The notes under the pieces were generated by a model. That model had not been told where the DNA came from. It saw only the letters and a list, made by a program, of their open reading frames with translations, and searched no databases. Position numbers and translations under genes: made by a program. DNA of 46,407 nt, from positions 1 to 46,407 of the forward strand of contig DVJX01000042.1 of assembly GCA_018716405.1 (NCBI GenBank), in the 5' to 3' direction. Of the stretch, positions 42,865-46,407 are shown in pieces; positions within the stretch are counted from its first letter, which is position 1, and each line of letters begins with the position of its first letter. Origin of the DNA: Candidatus Faecisoma merdavium. Lineage in GTDB: Bacteria > Bacillota_I > Bacilli_A > RF39 > UBA660.

Positions 42865-44014
42865 AAAATATTTTATTGTTAATTTTATTGCTATTTTAAT
42901 TATTGCATTGTTTTATTTTTTAATTTCTAATGTTATAAATAATAGTTATAAACAAAAAATAATTGATAATGAAAGTTATTTGATTGGAAATTTATTAAAT
43001 AAATATCCTAATTTAAAAGAAGATATTATATCAAGCTATTTAATTAAAGATAACTATGAAATAGGTAATAATTTAATAAATGAATATAATTTAATTACTA
43101 TTAAAAACAATAATATCATCATTTTAATATATTGTTTAATAAGTGCTTTGTTATTATTTATAATTAATTTTATTTATATTAAAAGTATTTATAAAAAAAT
43201 AGCAAAAATTGATAAATATATGAACAATATTTTAAATGATGATTATTCAATTAATATTAAAGATTATTGTGAAGGAGATATTAGTAATTTAAAAAATGAT
43301 ATATATAAAATGACTATTAAGTTAAAAGAACAAAGTGAATTACTAATTAAAGAAAAAAAGTATTTAGAAGAAACCTTACAAGATATATCTCATCAAATTA
43401 AAACTCCTTTAACTAGTATGTATATGATAAATGATATTTTAACTAACGAAAAAGATGAAAATATAAAAAAGGAATTTTTAATTAAAAATAAAAATCAAAT
43501 TGAGCGAATTGAGTGGCTAGTAACTAGTCTACTTAAATTATCAAGGTTAGAAAGTGGTACAGTTAAATTAAAAAAGGAAAAAATAAATTTAAAAGAGTTA
43601 GTTGATAAATCTATCGAACCAATTAATGTTTTATTAGAACTTAGAAATATTAAATTAACTAAAAATATTATAGATGTTAATCTAGTTGTTGATATTAACT
43701 GGACTGTTGAGGCATTGCTTAATGTAATTAAAAATGCTTGTGAACATACTGTTGATAAAATAGAAATAGTAGGTAGTACTAATCCTCTTTATACTGAAAT
43801 AAAAATAATTGATAATGGAAGTGGCATTAGTAAAAAAGATATTAAACATATTTTTGAAAGATTTTATAAAGGAAATCATAATAAAGAAAGTATTGGAATT
43901 GGTCTTAATATGTCTAAGAAAATAATTAATTTACAAAATGGTCTTATTGAAGTAGAATCAAAAGAAGGTGTTGGTAGTACTTTTATAATAAAACTATATA
44001 AAAATAATTTGTGA
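42848..44014 (+). CDS. Sensor histidine kinase
   Basis: Two TM helices. H box ISHQIKTPLT, N box NVIKNACEH, G boxes DNGSGI and GIGLNMSK. Overlaps the regulator gene; the exact start (GTG 42848 or 42857) is uncertain. Confidence 0.8.
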   Translation: MIIVNKKYFIVNFIAILIIALFYFLISNVINNSYKQKIIDNESYLIGNLLNKYPNLKEDIISSYLIKDNYEIGNNLINEYNLITIKNNNIIILIYCLISALLLFIINFIYIKSIYKKIAKIDKYMNNILNDDYSINIKDYCEGDISNLKNDIYKMTIKLKEQSELLIKEKKYLEETLQDISHQIKTPLTSMYMINDILTNEKDENIKKEFLIKNKNQIERIEWLVTSLLKLSRLESGTVKLKKEKINLKELVDKSIEPINVLLELRNIKLTKNIIDVNLVVDINWTVEALLNVIKNACEHTVDKIEIVGSTNPLYTEIKIIDNGSGISKKDIKHIFERFYKGNHNKESIGIGLNMSKKIINLQNGLIEVESKEGVGSTFIIKLYKNNL

Positions 44015-44086
44015 CGAAATTGTAATTAAAATAGTCATTTAATAGTAATAAATATTTAATATAATTATTTTGGAAGGAGAAAATTT

Positions 44087-44773
44087 ATGGAAATATTAAG
44101 AGTAGAAAATTTATGTAAAAATTATGGTAAAGGAGAAACATTAGTAAAAGCTTTAGATAATGTTAATTTTTCAGTTGAAAAAGGTGAATTTATTGCAATA
44201 GTTGGAAGTAGTGGTAGTGGCAAATCAACTTTATTACATATTTTAGGTGGTGTTGATAGACCAACTAGTGGGAAAGTTTTTGTAGATGGCGTTGATGTGT
44301 ATGAATTAAATGAAACTAATTTGGCTATTTTTAGAAGAAGGCAAGTAGGATTAATTTATCAATTTTATAATTTAATTCCAATATTGAATATTAAAGAAAA
44401 TATTACTTTACCAATTTTATTAGATAATAAAAAACCAGATGAAAAATATTTAAATGAATTAATTGAAACATTAGGATTAAGTAAACGCGTTAAGCATTTA
44501 CCTAACGAATTATCAGGTGGGCAACAACAAAGAGTTAGTATTGGTAGAGCTTTAATGAATAGACCGGCTCTATTATTAGCTGACGAACCTACTGGAAATT
44601 TAGATAGTAAAGCAGGAAGAGAAATAATAGAATTATTGAAATTATCTAATCAAAAATATAAACAAACTATCATTATGATTACTCATGATCATAATCTAGC
44701 GTTATGCGCTGATAGAATAATTACTTTAGAAGATGGTAAAATAATAAATGATGAAAAAAATGAAAAAAAATAA
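44087..44773 (+). CDS. ABC transporter ATP-binding protein (MacB/FtsE-LolD type)
   Basis: Walker A GSSGSGKST, Q loop, signature LSGGQQQR, Walker B LLLADEPTGNLD, H loop ITHD. Confidence 0.9.
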   Translation: MEILRVENLCKNYGKGETLVKALDNVNFSVEKGEFIAIVGSSGSGKSTLLHILGGVDRPTSGKVFVDGVDVYELNETNLAIFRRRQVGLIYQFYNLIPILNIKENITLPILLDNKKPDEKYLNELIETLGLSKRVKHLPNELSGGQQQRVSIGRALMNRPALLLADEPTGNLDSKAGREIIELLKLSNQKYKQTIIMITHDHNLALCADRIITLEDGKIINDEKNEKK

Positions 44774-44798
44774 ACACTGTTTTAATATACAGTGTTTT
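44773..44798 (+). terminator. Rho-independent terminator directly after the ABC ATPase gene
   Basis: AACACTGT-TTTAATAT-ACAGTGTT followed by TT. Confidence 0.65.
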
Positions 44799-44876
44799 AA
44801 TATATAATTTAGAAATTATTTTGTTATTGATTTAATCATATATTTATAGTATAATATTATCGTTAGGAGTGAAGAT

Positions 44877-45335
44877 ATGAAATTTATGAAAAATAAAACA
44901 TTCATAATTGTAGGTTCTGTATGTTTAGTTTTACTTTTTTTGATAGTATTTGCAATATATAGAATGTTTTTCCCAAGTAATAAAAGTGTATATGGAGATA
45001 GGCTTACTAATGCTCCAGAGGTTGATAATGCTGTTATCGAACAAATCAAAACAAAAATTTCTGATACAAATCTTACTGAAAATGTAAAATATCAAACAAA
45101 TTCTGTTATAATGAAATTTTTTATAACAGTAAAAGATGATACAAAATTAAGTGATGCTCAAAATTTAAGTACAATAATAACTGATAATTTAAGTGATAAA
45201 TTAACTGAATTTTATGATGTTGAAATATATTTAATTAACGAAGGTAATTCTGATTATCCATCAATTGGATATCGTTCAAAATCTGCAGATTCATTTACTT
45301 GGACAAATAATATAGGTGATGTAAATGAAGAATAA
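44877..45335 (+). CDS. Membrane-anchored hypothetical protein
   Basis: 152 aa. SD AGGAG, one N-terminal TM helix, soluble domain without recognised motif. Confidence 0.5.
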   Translation: MKFMKNKTFIIVGSVCLVLLFLIVFAIYRMFFPSNKSVYGDRLTNAPEVDNAVIEQIKTKISDTNLTENVKYQTNSVIMKFFITVKDDTKLSDAQNLSTIITDNLSDKLTEFYDVEIYLINEGNSDYPSIGYRSKSADSFTWTNNIGDVNEE

Positions 45336-46407
45336 AAAAATAGTTTTGATAATTATAATTATTATAGCTTTATTACTTATAGGTGGTTTATCTTATTATT
45401 TTTTAACAAAGGAAGACAAAAATACAACATTAAATTTATTTGAAAAACAATGGATTGAAAACAATAAAAATAATATTATTGATATGTCTATTGTAAATCA
45501 AATTCCTATTTTAAGTTACAATGGTGAAGGCATTATTATAGATTTTTTGGATTCATTAAATAAGGATACCAATTTATCTTTTAACAAAATATCATATAGT
45601 TTAGGTGAAGAAGTAAAAACAGATTATTCATTTAAATTGGTTGATGAAGTTTTAGAAGATAATATACTTATTTATGAGGATAATTATGTTGTTGTTACTA
45701 AAAAAGATACATATTTATCTATAGATGATTTAAATGGTTTAGAAATTGGAGTATTAAACGAAAATTTAAATAATGTAAACACTTATTTACATAATGCTAA
45801 TGTATCATATAAAACATTCAATACTAAGGATGAATTAGTTAATGAATTTTTAAAAGAGGATACTAGTTTAAATGCAATTATTTTATTAAAAACAACTGAT
45901 TTAAAATTGTTATTTGATAATAATTTTAAAATTGCATATAATATAAGCGATTATAAAAAATATTTTGTTTTAGATTTAGGTTCTACAGAAAAATTAAATA
46001 CTATTTTAACAAAGTATTATTCAAAATGGGCTAGTGAAAATTATTTAGATTCATATAATAAGTATTTGTCAAACAATTACTTTAAATTTAAAAACATAAA
46101 TGATTCAGAAATTGTAAAATTTAGAAGTAAAAGATATGTATATGGATTTATTGAAAATGCTCCTTATGACACATTGCTAGATAACAAATTGGCTGGTATC
46201 AATTATCAGTTATTATCTAATTTTTCTAAACTTACAAAGGCTGAAATATCATATAAAAAATATAATAATATTAGTAGTTTGGTAAATGCATTTAATTCAA
46301 ATGAAATTGACTTATTTTATGGAATAAATAGTACAAGCGATTATAATTTAGATGTTTACAATACGATTCCAGTTTATAATAATACGGCAATTGTTTTAAA
46401 ACATTCT
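45325..46407 (+). CDS. Membrane-anchored protein with solute-binding-protein-like ectodomain(s), 3' end beyond the window
   Basis: ATG 45325 overlaps the previous stop. MKNKKIVLIIIIIIALLLIGGL TM helix, then an open frame of 361 codons to the window edge. It is missing from the track because it has no stop. The SBP-like call is weak and pattern-based. Confidence 0.55.
   Translation, partial: MKNKKIVLIIIIIIALLLIGGLSYYFLTKEDKNTTLNLFEKQWIENNKNNIIDMSIVNQIPILSYNGEGIIIDFLDSLNKDTNLSFNKISYSLGEEVKTDYSFKLVDEVLEDNILIYEDNYVVVTKKDTYLSIDDLNGLEIGVLNENLNNVNTYLHNANVSYKTFNTKDELVNEFLKEDTSLNAIILLKTTDLKLLFDNNFKIAYNISDYKKYFVLDLGSTEKLNTILTKYYSKWASENYLDSYNKYLSNNYFKFKNINDSEIVKFRSKRYVYGFIENAPYDTLLDNKLAGINYQLLSNFSKLTKAEISYKKYNNISSLVNAFNSNEIDLFYGINSTSDYNLDVYNTIPVYNNTAIVLKHS

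Noticed and set aside
757-45049. ORF-track entries lying antisense to, or inside, longer well-supported genes: 757-1068(-), 4358-4582(+), 6692-6967(-), 7046-7243(-), 17339-17656(-), 18423-18662(-), 19398-19664(-), 20611-20793(-), 23977-24186(-), 24944-25165(-), 26121-26312(-), 27552-28031(-), 30585-30803(+), 31152-31358(-), 33354-33629(-), 38428-38634(-), 43682-43879(-), 44816-45049(-).
   Set aside because: Each overlaps a longer ORF with clear family motifs on the other strand, or spans a promoter region. They lack SD sequences and have low-complexity, Leu/Ile/Phe/Ser-rich translations, which is typical of shadow frames in A+T-rich DNA.

Overview
Very A+T-rich chromosomal segment that looks Bacillota-like; the taxon cannot be fixed from sequence alone. 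The standard genetic code applies: TGA, TAA and TAG all end long ORFs (for example the ATGA stop/start overlap at 16599-16602), and TGG encodes Trp. There are about 45 credible protein genes, nearly all on the + strand.

Positions 1-9.4 kb are accessory and mosaic. In order they hold:
- a DUF3788-like gene;
- an XRE-HTH::DUF2975 membrane regulator;
- a second XRE gene truncated at its 3' end, abutting a visibly G+C-richer islet of two orphan minus-strand genes plus about 0.5 kb of ORF-poor DNA;
- a complete 1802-bp ISNCY/IS1202-group insertion sequence with a perfect 24-bp target duplication, sitting 3 bp upstream of the tRNA-Cys promoter;
- tRNA-Cys(GCA), followed 165 nt later by a diverged 47-nt 3' tRNA-Cys fragment (an integration scar);
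- an orphan membrane protein and a minus-strand Cys-rich/HExxH gene pair.

From 9.4 kb onward the content is mostly core. In order:
- rnhB, a DHH phosphoesterase, a DUF4143-type AAA ATPase, a GNAT gene with an in-frame TAA, and an MBL hydrolase;
- a helicase IV-like UvrD helicase with two Zn ribbons, an OmpR/HK pair, a solitary HerA/DUF87 ATPase, and prsA;
- two YjcZ-like micro-ORFs absent from the ORF track, and a prepilin-type protein;
- a short dcw block (mraZ-rsmH-ftsL-class B PBP) running into lepB, then a bacterial PH-domain protein, clpC and an SDR;
- a surface protein of more than 1280 codons (Ig-like domains plus beta-helix) split by one in-frame TAA;
- murT plus a gatD homologue lacking the catalytic Cys/His, then ppa, tex and lipoproteins;
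- a second OmpR/HK pair with an ABC ATPase but no permease.

I saw no CRISPR array, rRNA, prophage or recognised defence operon. The most unusual items are the degenerate GatD partner of MurT, the partner-less HerA ATPase, the IS with its structured non-coding tail, the tRNA-Cys scar, and four independently disrupted genes.
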